Assembly: GCA_900768345.1 (NCBI GenBank)
Contig: CAAGCO010000020.1
Coordinates: 68,002-132,001 of the forward strand
Direction: 5' to 3'
Origin: Bacilli bacterium
GTDB lineage: Bacteria; Bacillota_I; Bacilli_A; RF39; UBA660
DNA length: 64,000 nucleotides
Under the pieces are notes generated by a model, which saw nothing but the letters and a program-made list of their open reading frames with translations, made no database searches and was not told the origin of the DNA. Positions 39,173-48,724 of the stretch are shown one piece after another (the stretch's first letter is position 1; each line of letters begins with the position of its first letter). Position numbers and translations under genes: made by a program.

Positions 39173-39761
39173 TTTAAGAAATATATTTACAAGTAAAGAT
39201 TTTATAATAAATTCTAATGTTATTAAATGTATTAGTAATATAGATATAACATTAGATGAGTTTTTGCTTGTATTATATTTCATTAATGTTTCTTCATACT
39301 TAGATACTAAAGATATTCAAGATAAGCTTGGATTTACTGAAGAGAAAGCTTTTAATACATTTACTAGTTTAATAAATAAAAAATATATAGAGATGATAGT
39401 ATCTAATAAAAATGGAGAAGTAATTGAAAAAATAAGCTTAGATCCTTTATATGATAGATTAGCTCTTAATAAAAAGACTGAAGAACCAAGTAATGACATA
39501 TATGCATTATTTGAGAGTGAGTTAGGAAGAACACTTTCATCATTTGAATATGAAATAATAAACAAATGGATAGAAAATGGAATACCAGAAACTACAATAA
39601 AAGGAGCTTTAAAAGAAGCAATTCTAAATAACGTAAGGAACTTTAAGTATATTGATAAAATAGTTTATGAATGGTCTAAAAATGGTGTTAAAAAACAAAT
39701 AAAAGAAGAAAAAACAAATAATGAATTATTTGATTATGATTGGTTAGATGATAATGAATAA
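39165..39761 (+). CDS. DnaD/DnaB-C-terminal (DDBH2) domain replication protein
   Basis: C-terminal YEIINKWIENGIPETTIKGALKEAILNNVRNFKYIDKIVYEWSKNGV matches the DnaD domain. Followed directly by nth, as in the Bacillus dnaD-nth locus. Confidence 0.5.
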   Translation: MSDLRNIFTSKDFIINSNVIKCISNIDITLDEFLLVLYFINVSSYLDTKDIQDKLGFTEEKAFNTFTSLINKKYIEMIVSNKNGEVIEKISLDPLYDRLALNKKTEEPSNDIYALFESELGRTLSSFEYEIINKWIENGIPETTIKGALKEAILNNVRNFKYIDKIVYEWSKNGVKKQIKEEKTNNELFDYDWLDDNE

Positions 39762-40374
39762 AGAAAGAATAATAAATTATTTAAATGAACTATTTATAAA
39801 TCCAAAGTGTGAACTAGAATATACTAAAGATTACGAATTATTACTATCAGTAATGTTATCAGCACAAACAACTGATAAAAGTGTAAATAAAGCAACAAAA
39901 GAATTATATAAGAAATATAACTCATTAGATAAATTAAAAACTTTATCAGTACAAGAAATAGATAATTACATAAAAAGTCTAGGTTTTCATAAAACAAAGG
40001 CTTCAAACTTTAAATATATAGTAGATGAAATATCAAAGATTGGTTATGTACCAGATAATAGAGAATACTTAGAATCATTAAAAGGAGTAGGTAGAAAGAC
40101 AGCAAGCGTTGTACTTGGAGAATTATTTGACATTCCGTCTTTTGCAGTAGATACTCATGTACACAGAGTTTCCAAAAGGTTAGGTATAGCAAATAGTAAA
40201 GATGATGTATTAAAAACAGAAATGAAACTTAAAAAGTACTTTGATGAAAAAGACTGGAATAGAATAAACTCACAACTAGTGCTTTTCGGAAGATATCATT
40301 GTAAAAGTAAAAATCCTAATTGTGAGTCTTGCAAATTAAAAGATATATGCAAAGAAAAAAATCCTAATAAATAG
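39748..40374 (+). CDS. nth: endonuclease III
   Basis: HhH-GPD (LKGVGRKTASVVL), catalytic Lys/Asp region, C-terminal 4Fe-4S cluster CKSKNPNCESCKLKDIC. Confidence 0.85.
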   Translation: MIMNKERIINYLNELFINPKCELEYTKDYELLLSVMLSAQTTDKSVNKATKELYKKYNSLDKLKTLSVQEIDNYIKSLGFHKTKASNFKYIVDEISKIGYVPDNREYLESLKGVGRKTASVVLGELFDIPSFAVDTHVHRVSKRLGIANSKDDVLKTEMKLKKYFDEKDWNRINSQLVLFGRYHCKSKNPNCESCKLKDICKEKNPNK

Positions 40375-40382
40375 GAATTTTT

Positions 40383-43181
40383 TTATTGAACTAATACAGT
40401 TTGAACTTTTGTTTTAGTAGTATTAACACCATTATATGTAAATGTAATAGTATAAGTAACTCTATATGTACCAGCTTCTTTTGTTATATCACCAGTAGAA
40501 ATACTTGTACTAGCTCCATTCTTAGTTATTGCTGTAACACCAACTTTTAAATTAGTAACACTAGATTTAATATTAGTACCATTAAGTGTAATACTTTCAA
40601 TAGCACTAGTTCCAAGAACATTATAAGTATCATTTACTTTTAGAGAAGTTGATAATCCTAACATTGAAATTACATAGTTATTAGTAACAGGAGTATTAGG
40701 ACTAGAACTAAATAATATCTTTATACCATCAGAAGCATTTCTTCTAAATATTGAGTAAGCACTCTTAATAATAACTCCGTCATATGATCCAGGATAATTA
40801 TTCAAATTTATTGTATAGTTAGTATTTTCTGTCCATCCAACATAAGTTGATGAAGAACCAGACGTTAAGTATATCAAGAATCCAAATTTACCAATCTTAC
40901 TATTATTATAACTAATACGTTTATTTAAATATTTTTGAGCCCAAATTGTATATCCAGTATTAAAGTAATTTGTTAAGTAATCAGTACTTATTGCATCAGG
41001 AGTTCCAGGAGATTCCCAAGAAAGATTTAATGAATTACCATTTAATGAATAAGTATAATTTGAAGGATCACTTAACTTACTAAATCTTGTTGATGTTTCA
41101 CTTGGTTCAGTACCATTTATAAATAAATAACTCTTTCTTAAATCTTTTGGAGTATAAGCACTAGGCTTTTGAGCAGGTATAGTTTCAAGTTCTACTTCAA
41201 CGCTACTTATACCACCTGGATTTTTAAATTTAACATTCTTATCATGAATTTTATTATTTATTTCTGCTTGTATTTTTTTACGTTCAGTAATAGCAGGACC
41301 ATTTTTTAAATAATGTTTATTTTTAACAGCAGTAGCAGTTAACCATTCAGGATATCCATACCAAATTGCCACACTATAGTTAGCAGAGAAGGTTGCTGTC
41401 CATGCATCTGGTATTACTGAACTACTAAGTTTATATTTTCTAAGTAAGCTTGTATCATATGAAGTAGTTCCTGTCTTAGATGCTAATTGAGTACCAGATA
41501 CTCTAACTGTAGAAGGAGTAACACCTCGTAACACTGTAGAAATTAAATATGCTGTTTGAGGTTTCATAACTCTCTCACGAGTAACATCTTTTACATATTC
41601 ATCACCAGTTTCAGTATAAACTATCTTAGTAAATGAATAAGGTTCTGTATAATATCCACCTGAACCAAATGAAGAATAAGCAGCTGCTAGTTGAACGGGA
41701 CTAACACCATTAAATGCACCAATTGAATAAGATTCGGGAAGAGTAGTTACACCTTCCGGTGGATTTATTCCAATTGATGTAATAAACTTAACTTTTTCAT
41801 CATTACTTGTTAATTTAAATGCTTGTAAAGCACATGTATTCATAGATTTAACTAAGCAATCTCTCATACTCATAAATCCTGAATACCTGTGATTGAAGTT
41901 TCTCATTGTACCACTACCATAAGGAGTTTCATCATCAATGAATGGACCATAAGTACTTAAGTTAGTATATTCAATAGCAGGTCCATAATCTATGATTGGT
42001 TTAATTGTTGAACCAGGTTGTCTTTTTGTTTGACCCCAGAATGTAGCCATATTCATTGTAAGAGCACCAGTTTTATTACGACCAGCACCAACAGCTACTA
42101 TAGCACCAGTATTATTATCAATAACACCAATACCAACTTCAACCTTACTATCTTTAAATTTATGTGTTTTATAGAAATTATTAATTACATCTTGTCTTGA
42201 TTTATCCATAGTTGTATATATTGTCATAGAAACATCATATGGGTTGTTACCAGTTTTATCAATTATTTCTTGAACAACTGTATCTATAAATCCTTGATAT
42301 TGATTAGTAGATGTAACTCCGCCTTCTAAGAAATCTTTAATCTTAACAGAAGTAGCAACTTTATATTCAGTATCACTAATATAACCATGTCTTTTCATAA
42401 GATATAAAACTGTATTTTTACGACTATTAGCATCATTAGGATTATTATAAGGATTATATCCATTAGGTGATTGGAACATACCTGCTATCATTGCAGCTTC
42501 TACTAAATTCAAATCTTTAACATCTTTATTAAAATAATATTTACTAGCTTGTTGAACTCCATAAATATTACCACCCATACAAGGAGTATTTACATAATAT
42601 TCAAGTATTTCATATTTAGTAAAGTTTCTTTCAATTTTGAATACTGACATATATATATCAGTAAACTTTCTTATAATACCTTTAATACCTTCAGCTTCAA
42701 TAGAAGTAAAAGATAATTTTGAAAGTTGCATTGTTAGGGTAGAGGCACCTCCACCACCACGTCCTAAAAGTTGACTTATAGATGCTTTTAAAAATCTTGG
42801 AGCATCAAATCCATTATGTTGAAAAAATCTTGAGTCTTCAGTTGCAATTATAGCATCTACTAGTACTTGAGGAAGTTCATCATATGTAACTTTTTCTCTT
42901 TGCTCAGCACCAAGTGATGCAATTAAGTTTCCTTTAGAATCTAATACTTTGGTTGCTTCTTTCTCAAACATTCTTTGTGCATCAAATTCAGGAGCACTCT
43001 TAACTATGTAGTAGCAAAAACCAATTCCTGCAACAAAGCAAACAAGAGCAAAAAACATAACTACAACTAAGAACCAGTACCAAAATCTAAAATTTCTTGG
43101 TTTACCATTTTCATTGTTTCTAACTTTTCTTTTCACTTTTCTTCCATCCTTCTTTTCTTTATTGTTCTTTAAAGTATGCAT
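40383..43181 (-). CDS. ponA: class A penicillin-binding protein (PBP1A, transglycosylase plus transpeptidase) with ~250-aa C-terminal extension
   Basis: GT51 motifs (EDSRFFQHNGFD, RGGGGASTLTMQL), TP motifs STIKP (SxxK), SMN, KTGTT. Ser/Thr/Asn-rich C-terminal beta-rich domain. Confidence 0.85.
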   Translation of the reverse strand: MHTLKNNKEKKDGRKVKRKVRNNENGKPRNFRFWYWFLVVVMFFALVCFVAGIGFCYYIVKSAPEFDAQRMFEKEATKVLDSKGNLIASLGAEQREKVTYDELPQVLVDAIIATEDSRFFQHNGFDAPRFLKASISQLLGRGGGGASTLTMQLSKLSFTSIEAEGIKGIIRKFTDIYMSVFKIERNFTKYEILEYYVNTPCMGGNIYGVQQASKYYFNKDVKDLNLVEAAMIAGMFQSPNGYNPYNNPNDANSRKNTVLYLMKRHGYISDTEYKVATSVKIKDFLEGGVTSTNQYQGFIDTVVQEIIDKTGNNPYDVSMTIYTTMDKSRQDVINNFYKTHKFKDSKVEVGIGVIDNNTGAIVAVGAGRNKTGALTMNMATFWGQTKRQPGSTIKPIIDYGPAIEYTNLSTYGPFIDDETPYGSGTMRNFNHRYSGFMSMRDCLVKSMNTCALQAFKLTSNDEKVKFITSIGINPPEGVTTLPESYSIGAFNGVSPVQLAAAYSSFGSGGYYTEPYSFTKIVYTETGDEYVKDVTRERVMKPQTAYLISTVLRGVTPSTVRVSGTQLASKTGTTSYDTSLLRKYKLSSSVIPDAWTATFSANYSVAIWYGYPEWLTATAVKNKHYLKNGPAITERKKIQAEINNKIHDKNVKFKNPGGISSVEVELETIPAQKPSAYTPKDLRKSYLFINGTEPSETSTRFSKLSDPSNYTYSLNGNSLNLSWESPGTPDAISTDYLTNYFNTGYTIWAQKYLNKRISYNNSKIGKFGFLIYLTSGSSSTYVGWTENTNYTINLNNYPGSYDGVIIKSAYSIFRRNASDGIKILFSSSPNTPVTNNYVISMLGLSTSLKVNDTYNVLGTSAIESITLNGTNIKSSVTNLKVGVTAITKNGASTSISTGDITKEAGTYRVTYTITFTYNGVNTTKTKVQTVLVQ

Positions 43182-43692
43182 TATCTACAGCATCTAAATA
43201 TTTAAGTCTAGGAGTATAACTTTCTACAATCTTATAACCTTTTTCTTTAATATAATTAAATTCTATAGATTTTCTTGTACCTTTATCAATAAAGTCTAAT
43301 ATATCTTCACCTTTCATCAAAAAAAACTCATTATTCATAAATATTATAAGAAATACAATACCGCCTTGCTTTATAACTTTTCTCATATGTAGAACCTGAT
43401 GATCTTTTATATTTGATAAAGGAAAAGAGGTTTTATTATGACATTCTTTAGCATCATATTCTATATACTTACATTTATATATTCCATTATAATCAAGTGT
43501 AGATATACTAGAATAAACTGCTTTATTTATCAAATGCGATTTATTAGTTGGATAACTTACATTTAATACTTTAATTGGAGTAGGCTTCTTATATATTAAA
43601 CATTTATCTATACTATTATAATATGTATTAGAATCATTTAATATATTTTCAAGAAACATACCTCTGTTTTTATAAGTACTAGTATCCACCAA
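43159..43692 (-). CDS. recU: Holliday-junction resolvase RecU
   Basis: Conserved recU-ponA tandem of Firmicutes. LDYNGIYKCKYIEYDAKEC matches the RecU catalytic block (DY.G....G..I.FDAKE). 23-nt overlap with ponA. Confidence 0.6.
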   Translation of the reverse strand: MVDTSTYKNRGMFLENILNDSNTYYNSIDKCLIYKKPTPIKVLNVSYPTNKSHLINKAVYSSISTLDYNGIYKCKYIEYDAKECHNKTSFPLSNIKDHQVLHMRKVIKQGGIVFLIIFMNNEFFLMKGEDILDFIDKGTRKSIEFNYIKEKGYKIVESYTPRLKYLDAVDNAYFKEQ

Positions 43693-43823
43693 AAATCACC
43701 ACTTTAATTATACTATATTTATATATTTTTTTCTATCTATTACATTAATAAATGTAAAGTTAATTTTATATTGCATAATTAACATTTTATGATAAAATTA
43801 AATCATAGTAGGAAGAGTGAGCA

Positions 43824-45494
43824 ATGAAAAACATTTTTAAAATTTTATTAGTTATGATTTTATCATTTTCTTTAAGCATGGTTTATGCATCACAAGAAGA
43901 AATTGATAATGCAAAAAAAGCAACTGAGGAATATTGCGAAGAAGATAAAGAGAAAAAAGGGTGCATTTATGATTCGAATAATATACTTTATACAGACAGT
44001 GGAACAGTTAGAAACGAAAATGCTGCCGTCAGTTTGACTTTGAGTGGACGAAAACTTGTAAGAGGATATCAAGCAGCTGATGCAAATGGAAATATGGTTT
44101 TTGCTGGTTGCTATAAGGCAAATGTTAGTAATGTTGATTACTGGGGAGATGGAGACTACTACATATTTAAGGTAGTTAAGTTTAGTGGAAGTAGTTGTTC
44201 AACAGTTGCATCAGACATTGTACCAGCAAAAGGAACTAAATGGAAATTTGGCATATTTAATGGCGAATATGATGGAAATAATGGTATAGGAAATAATATG
44301 GCAACATACGAAGGATGGACTGCTAAAAATGGTGGAGGATGTCCACTAATGTTTGGATTAACAGCGAATACAAGATGGTATACAAGTTCAAAAAACACCT
44401 ATGTTTTTTCAGATGATGCCGCAGGATTTAATTTACAAGTATTCTCATTTTTTGGAGATGAAGAGTACAAACAATCTCCTGGATGTACAATAATGGATAA
44501 AGACGGCCACGAAGAAGCAGAAGAATGCTTTAATAATGCGGCAAGTAAGATAGAAAGCTATAGTTGTCCAAGTGATATGTCAAAACTTTCAGAAATGGCA
44601 ACTGAATTAGAAAAATATCAAACAGAATGTAAAAGTGAATTTAAAAAATTATATTCAAAAGGTTTATTAGAGTCAGAAGCAGAAGAATTTTCAACATTGC
44701 TAAAGAATAAAGTGAAAGAAAAGATTAACTCATGTCAGTATAGCAAATGTAATATATCTTCTACACAAATTCAAAAAATAATTGATGCAAAAGCAGGAAC
44801 AAAATGTGAAAAAGGTTGTTCAATCTCTATGAAAGAACAAAGTGAAGCAGAAAATGCACAATGCTATTGTTGTGGAGGTAGTAGAGGATGTTCATATACA
44901 TGGACAGATAAACCATCAAGTTCTTGTAGTAAATCTAATAAAACTAAAGACAAATGTGTCGGTACAACCGATACAGATGTATGCTTAACTTGTCTTGAAG
45001 ATGCATATAAAAAAGCAGGATTAACTAGTGCTCAAAAGAAATGTATGATTGAATCTGATATAAAAAGAGCACAAGCTGAAAGCAAAGTAACATCTGATAT
45101 AGATAAACAATTTGATGATCAAGTGCAAAAAGACCTTGAAGAAAATAGACAGACAAGAGATGAAATAGAAAAATATGAATTTAATGCTGATTTACCAGCT
45201 CAAGGATTTGGAGAAGGTGGAGAAAGCTGTGAAGCAATTGTAGGGCCAAATATAGCAAAACTTATAAAAATGGCATTAAATATTCTTAGAATAATTGGTG
45301 CAATTATAGCAATAGTAAATGGTATGATGACATTAATACCAGCAGTTGTAAACAAAGATCCAGAAGCACTTAAAAAAGCTGGAAATAAATGCGTAAAAAT
45401 TGCCGCAATATTATTAGTAATTGGTGTATTCCCATCAATATTAAGAGTTATAGGTAAAATATTTGGTTACGATTTAAGCTGTATATTTGGTTAA
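43824..45494 (+). CDS. secreted Cys-rich protein with conserved C-terminal two-helix membrane domain
   Basis: Signal peptide MKNIFKILLVMILSFSLSMVYA, >30 Cys in the ectodomain (CCGGSRGCSY..., CVGTTDTDVCLTCLE), C-terminal ~95 aa paralogous to the next ORF. Confidence 0.6.
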   Translation: MKNIFKILLVMILSFSLSMVYASQEEIDNAKKATEEYCEEDKEKKGCIYDSNNILYTDSGTVRNENAAVSLTLSGRKLVRGYQAADANGNMVFAGCYKANVSNVDYWGDGDYYIFKVVKFSGSSCSTVASDIVPAKGTKWKFGIFNGEYDGNNGIGNNMATYEGWTAKNGGGCPLMFGLTANTRWYTSSKNTYVFSDDAAGFNLQVFSFFGDEEYKQSPGCTIMDKDGHEEAEECFNNAASKIESYSCPSDMSKLSEMATELEKYQTECKSEFKKLYSKGLLESEAEEFSTLLKNKVKEKINSCQYSKCNISSTQIQKIIDAKAGTKCEKGCSISMKEQSEAENAQCYCCGGSRGCSYTWTDKPSSSCSKSNKTKDKCVGTTDTDVCLTCLEDAYKKAGLTSAQKKCMIESDIKRAQAESKVTSDIDKQFDDQVQKDLEENRQTRDEIEKYEFNADLPAQGFGEGGESCEAIVGPNIAKLIKMALNILRIIGAIIAIVNGMMTLIPAVVNKDPEALKKAGNKCVKIAAILLVIGVFPSILRVIGKIFGYDLSCIFG

Positions 45495-45495
45495 C

Positions 45496-45524
45496 TTGAA
45501 AAAATATTAAAAATATGGTACAAT
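45496..45524 (+). promoter_or_regulatory. promoter of the small paralogue (TTGAAA-17-TGg-TACAAT)
   Basis: Extended -10 with TG. RBS AGAGGGG before ATG 45558. Confidence 0.5.
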
Positions 45525-45557
45525 ATACGAATCTTTAAAAAGAGGGGTAATAGGTTC

Positions 45558-45980
45558 ATGAAAAAAAAGTATATAATTATATTATTAATAATGATAACTG
45601 CATTTATAGGAATTAAAAACATAAATGCATCAGAAATAAAACCAAGTGATTTACTGAATGTAGTTACAACAGCAGGAGAATTACCATCATCTGGATTTGG
45701 CAATGCAGGAGAAAGTTGTGCAGACTTAGTTGGTGAAAATTTAGGTAAGGTAATAAAACTAGGCATTAATATATTAAGAATAGCCGGCGCAATTATAGCA
45801 ATTGTAAATGGTATGCTAACAATGGTTAAAGCGGTAACCTCAAAGGATCCAGGAATGATAAAAAAAGCCGGAGAAAAATGCATGAAAATGGGTATTGTCT
45901 TATTAGTTATAGGTGTATTTCCAACAGTTTTAAGAGTAATTGCTAAACTATTCGGTTACGATTTAAGTTGTATATTCTAA
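45558..45980 (+). CDS. small secreted two-helix membrane protein, paralogue of the C-terminus of the 556-aa protein
   Basis: Signal peptide, then GFGNAGESCADLVGENLGKVIKLGINILRIAGAIIAIVNGMLTMVKAVTSKDPGMIKKAGEKCMKMGIVLLVIGVFPTVLRVIAKLFGYDLSCIF, near-identical to residues ~455-556 of the upstream protein. Confidence 0.6.
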   Translation: MKKKYIIILLIMITAFIGIKNINASEIKPSDLLNVVTTAGELPSSGFGNAGESCADLVGENLGKVIKLGINILRIAGAIIAIVNGMLTMVKAVTSKDPGMIKKAGEKCMKMGIVLLVIGVFPTVLRVIAKLFGYDLSCIF

Positions 45981-46007
45981 AAAAGAGTGAAAAAACTCTT
46001 TTTTTTA
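45981..46007 (+). terminator. rho-independent terminator
   Basis: aaaagagt-gaaaaa-actctttt followed by tttt. Confidence 0.7.
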
Positions 46008-46145
46008 CTGGAAAAATATGCTAAAATAATAACGCTTTAAGAAAAAAAGACATACCTATTGATTTAATATTCTAGTGCTTAAATAACATTAAGTGAATAT
46101 TAATTAAAAGATAGGTAGAAGAATTAACGAAAGGAGAGAAGAAAA

Positions 46146-47075
46146 ATGGCAGTAATTGCAAAAAGTTATTTATTAGAAGCAGGTGTACACTTTGGACACC
46201 AAGCAAAAAGATGGAATCCAAAAATGAAGGAATACATCTTCACAACTAGAGATGACATTCATATTATTGATTTACAAAAAACTGTTGAAAAAATTGAAGA
46301 AGCTTACGCTGAACTTCTTAAAGCATGCGAAAATGGTGGTAAGGTTCTATTTGTAGGTACTAAGAAACAAGCTAAAGAAGCTAGTATCGAAGAAGCTACA
46401 AGATGTAATAGTTTTTATGTAACTGAAAGATGGTTAGGAGGAATCTTAACAAACTTCAGAACAATAAGAGAAAGAATCAAAAGATTAGTTGAAATCGAAA
46501 AAATGGAGAAAGATGGTAAATTCGAATTACTTCCTAAAAAAGAAGTTGCTCAAATTCAAAAAGAATATGACAGATTAAACAAACTTCTTGGTGGAATTAG
46601 AGAAATGGATCGTCTTCCAAAAGCTATTATCGTTGTAGATCCAAGAGTAGAAATCAATGCTATTCGTGAAGCTCGTAAATTACACATTCCAGTATTCGGA
46701 ATTGTAGATACAAACTGTGATCCAGATGATGTAGACTTCCCAATTCCAGCAAATGATGATGCTGTTAGAAGTGTTAAAGTAGTTTTAGGTGTACTTGCTA
46801 ATGCAGTGTGTGAAGCTAATGGACTACCAACAGTTGATTACGTTACTGAAGAAGAAGTTTCTAGTAAACCAGCTAAAGAAATCAAAGTTGAAACTAAAGT
46901 AGTTGAATTTGATGATTTTAGTGAAGAAAAGAAAGAAAATAAAAAAGCTGAAAAAACAGAAACACCAAATTATACAGATATGACTGTTTCAGAATTAAGA
47001 AAACTTGCTAAAGACAAAGGTGTAGCTGGATATTCAACTATGAAAAAAGATGAATTAATTTCATCATTAAATTAG
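46146..47075 (+). CDS. rpsB: 30S ribosomal protein S2 with ~60-aa C-terminal extension
   Basis: [27 protein letters not shown]... Tail rich in E/K ([20 protein letters not shown]...). Confidence 0.9.
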   Translation: MAVIAKSYLLEAGVHFGHQAKRWNPKMKEYIFTTRDDIHIIDLQKTVEKIEEAYAELLKACENGGKVLFVGTKKQAKEASIEEATRCNSFYVTERWLGGILTNFRTIRERIKRLVEIEKMEKDGKFELLPKKEVAQIQKEYDRLNKLLGGIREMDRLPKAIIVVDPRVEINAIREARKLHIPVFGIVDTNCDPDDVDFPIPANDDAVRSVKVVLGVLANAVCEANGLPTVDYVTEEEVSSKPAKEIKVETKVVEFDDFSEEKKENKKAEKTETPNYTDMTVSELRKLAKDKGVAGYSTMKKDELISSLN

Positions 47076-47084
47076 GAGGAAATT

Positions 47085-47957
47085 ATGGATATTAGTGCAA
47101 GTATGGTTAAAGACCTAAGAGAAAAAACAGGCGCAGGAATGATGGATTGTAAAAAAGCCCTTGTTGAATGTAATGGAGACATGGACAAAGCAATCGATTA
47201 CTTAAGAGAAAAAGGTATTTCTAAAGCTGCTAAAAAAGCTGAAAGAATCGCTGCAGAAGGTCTTTCTAATATTTATATTAAAGGTAATGATGCAGTAGTT
47301 GTAGAATTAAACTCAGAAACTGATTTCGTTGCTAAAAACTCTGAATTTAAAGAATTATTAGATAAAATTGGAAACACTATTTTAGATAGTAAAGTTGAAA
47401 CTATGGATGATGCTTTAAATACTAAATGTGGTAATGAAACTATTAATGAATTAATCGTTAATGCTACAGCTAAAATAGGAGAAAAAATCAGTCTAAGAAG
47501 ATTTGAAAAAGTTACTAAAGAAGATACTCAAGTATTTGGTTCTTATTTACATATGGGTGGTAAAATATCTTCATTAACAGTTGTTGATGGTGATAAAGAA
47601 GACGTAGCTCGTGATGTAGCAATGCAAGCAGCAGCTATGAGACCACTTTATATCAATATTGAATCAGTACCAGCTGAAGACTTAGAACATGAAAAAGCTG
47701 TAATCAAAGAACAAGTTATCAATGAAGGAAAGAAACCTGAATTCGCTGATAAAATTGTTGAAGGAAGACTTAGAAAATTCTATGAAGAAACTGTTCTTGA
47801 AGAACAAGCATTCATTAAAGATTCTAATATTACAGTAAAAACTTACTTAGAAAATAATAATTCAAAACTTGTTAAACTTGTAAAATATGAAGTAGGCGAA
47901 GGAATGGAAAAAAGAAACGATGACTTTGCTGCTGAAGTTATGAGTCAAATTAAGTAA
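47085..47957 (+). CDS. tsf: elongation factor Ts
   Basis: MDISASMVKDLREKTGAGMMDCKKAL (UBA-like N-terminus), 290 aa. Confidence 0.9.
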   Translation: MDISASMVKDLREKTGAGMMDCKKALVECNGDMDKAIDYLREKGISKAAKKAERIAAEGLSNIYIKGNDAVVVELNSETDFVAKNSEFKELLDKIGNTILDSKVETMDDALNTKCGNETINELIVNATAKIGEKISLRRFEKVTKEDTQVFGSYLHMGGKISSLTVVDGDKEDVARDVAMQAAAMRPLYINIESVPAEDLEHEKAVIKEQVINEGKKPEFADKIVEGRLRKFYEETVLEEQAFIKDSNITVKTYLENNNSKLVKLVKYEVGEGMEKRNDDFAAEVMSQIK

Positions 47958-47965
47958 TTAGCTAT

Positions 47966-47996
47966 AAAGTATGGACTTGTCCATACTTTTGTTTTA
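47966..47996 (+). terminator. rho-independent terminator after tsf
   Basis: aagtatggac-ttg-tccatactt followed by ttgtttt. Confidence 0.7.
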
Positions 47997-48020
47997 TAAT
48001 AAAGCACCGAGGAGAAAGCT

Positions 48021-48392
48021 ATGAACGTAGATGAGCAAAGAGTAATAAAAGAAATGATAGAAATATATAAACCGGATGACTATGACTGGATGGGTAGTAA
48101 AATTAGTAAAAAGAACGTTCTAACATTTCACCATATAGTTAAAAGAAAAACAGGAAGAACAATAAGAGAAAACGGTGCTTTACTTACACAAAAAAGTCAT
48201 GAAAGACTTAATAAATTAGAAGCACATAATCAAGATTTATTTGAACGTTGGCAATGGTTATTTGTAAGAATAAATTGTTCTGGTATGCCACCAAGTGAAG
48301 AGTTAATAAATGAAATACAAGCATTAAAAAAAGAAACAAGTGACTTTATATATGGAAAAACCTCAGAGCTAAAATTAATAAAAAATAGATAG
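48021..48392 (+). CDS. HNH endonuclease-domain protein
   Basis: LTFHHIVKRKTGRTIRENGALLTQKSHERLN: His-Asn-His-type motif. 123 aa, inserted between tsf and rpsU. Confidence 0.5.
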   Translation: MNVDEQRVIKEMIEIYKPDDYDWMGSKISKKNVLTFHHIVKRKTGRTIRENGALLTQKSHERLNKLEAHNQDLFERWQWLFVRINCSGMPPSEELINEIQALKKETSDFIYGKTSELKLIKNR

Positions 48393-48449
48393 TAAAATTA
48401 AAAAAATATAAAAAATAGTAAAAGTGTGAAAATTTATTGTAGAATTTGC

Positions 48450-48478
48450 TTGAAATTTGGCACTTTTTGTACTATAAT
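48450..48478 (+). promoter_or_regulatory. consensus sigma-A promoter for rpsU-yqeY
   Basis: TTGAAA-17 nt-TATAAT. Confidence 0.6.
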
Positions 48479-48509
48479 CAAATGTAGTCATGAAGGGAGG
48501 GAAGAGATA

Positions 48510-48701
48510 ATGACACACGTAGAAGTAAAAGACGGAAATGTTGAGGGTGCATTAAAACGTTTTAAGATGAAAGTTCAAAGAAGCGGAGTCCCTACTGAAA
48601 TGAAAAAAAGAAGAGAATATTCTAAACCAGGCATTGTTAGAAGAGAAGCTAAAAAAGAAGCCATTAGAAACGCTAAAAAGCATAATAAGCAAAGATATTA
48701 A
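48510..48701 (+). CDS. rpsU: 30S ribosomal protein S21
   Basis: MTHVEVKDGNVEGALKRFKMKVQRSGV...RREYSKPG. Start at ATG 48510 after GAAGGGAGGGAAG. The track ORF from 48426 is an upstream over-extension. Confidence 0.85.
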   Translation: MTHVEVKDGNVEGALKRFKMKVQRSGVPTEMKKRREYSKPGIVRREAKKEAIRNAKKHNKQRY

Positions 48702-48724
48702 TATAATTATTAAGGAGTGATACT

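Noticed and set aside
48426-48509. Upstream extension of the rpsU ORF (MKIYCRICLKFGTFCTIIKCSHEGREEI...)
   Set aside because: The extension overlaps the consensus promoter -10 element. A strong RBS (GAAGGGAGG) precedes the internal ATG at 48510, and S21 is ~60 aa. The extension is an ORF-caller artefact.
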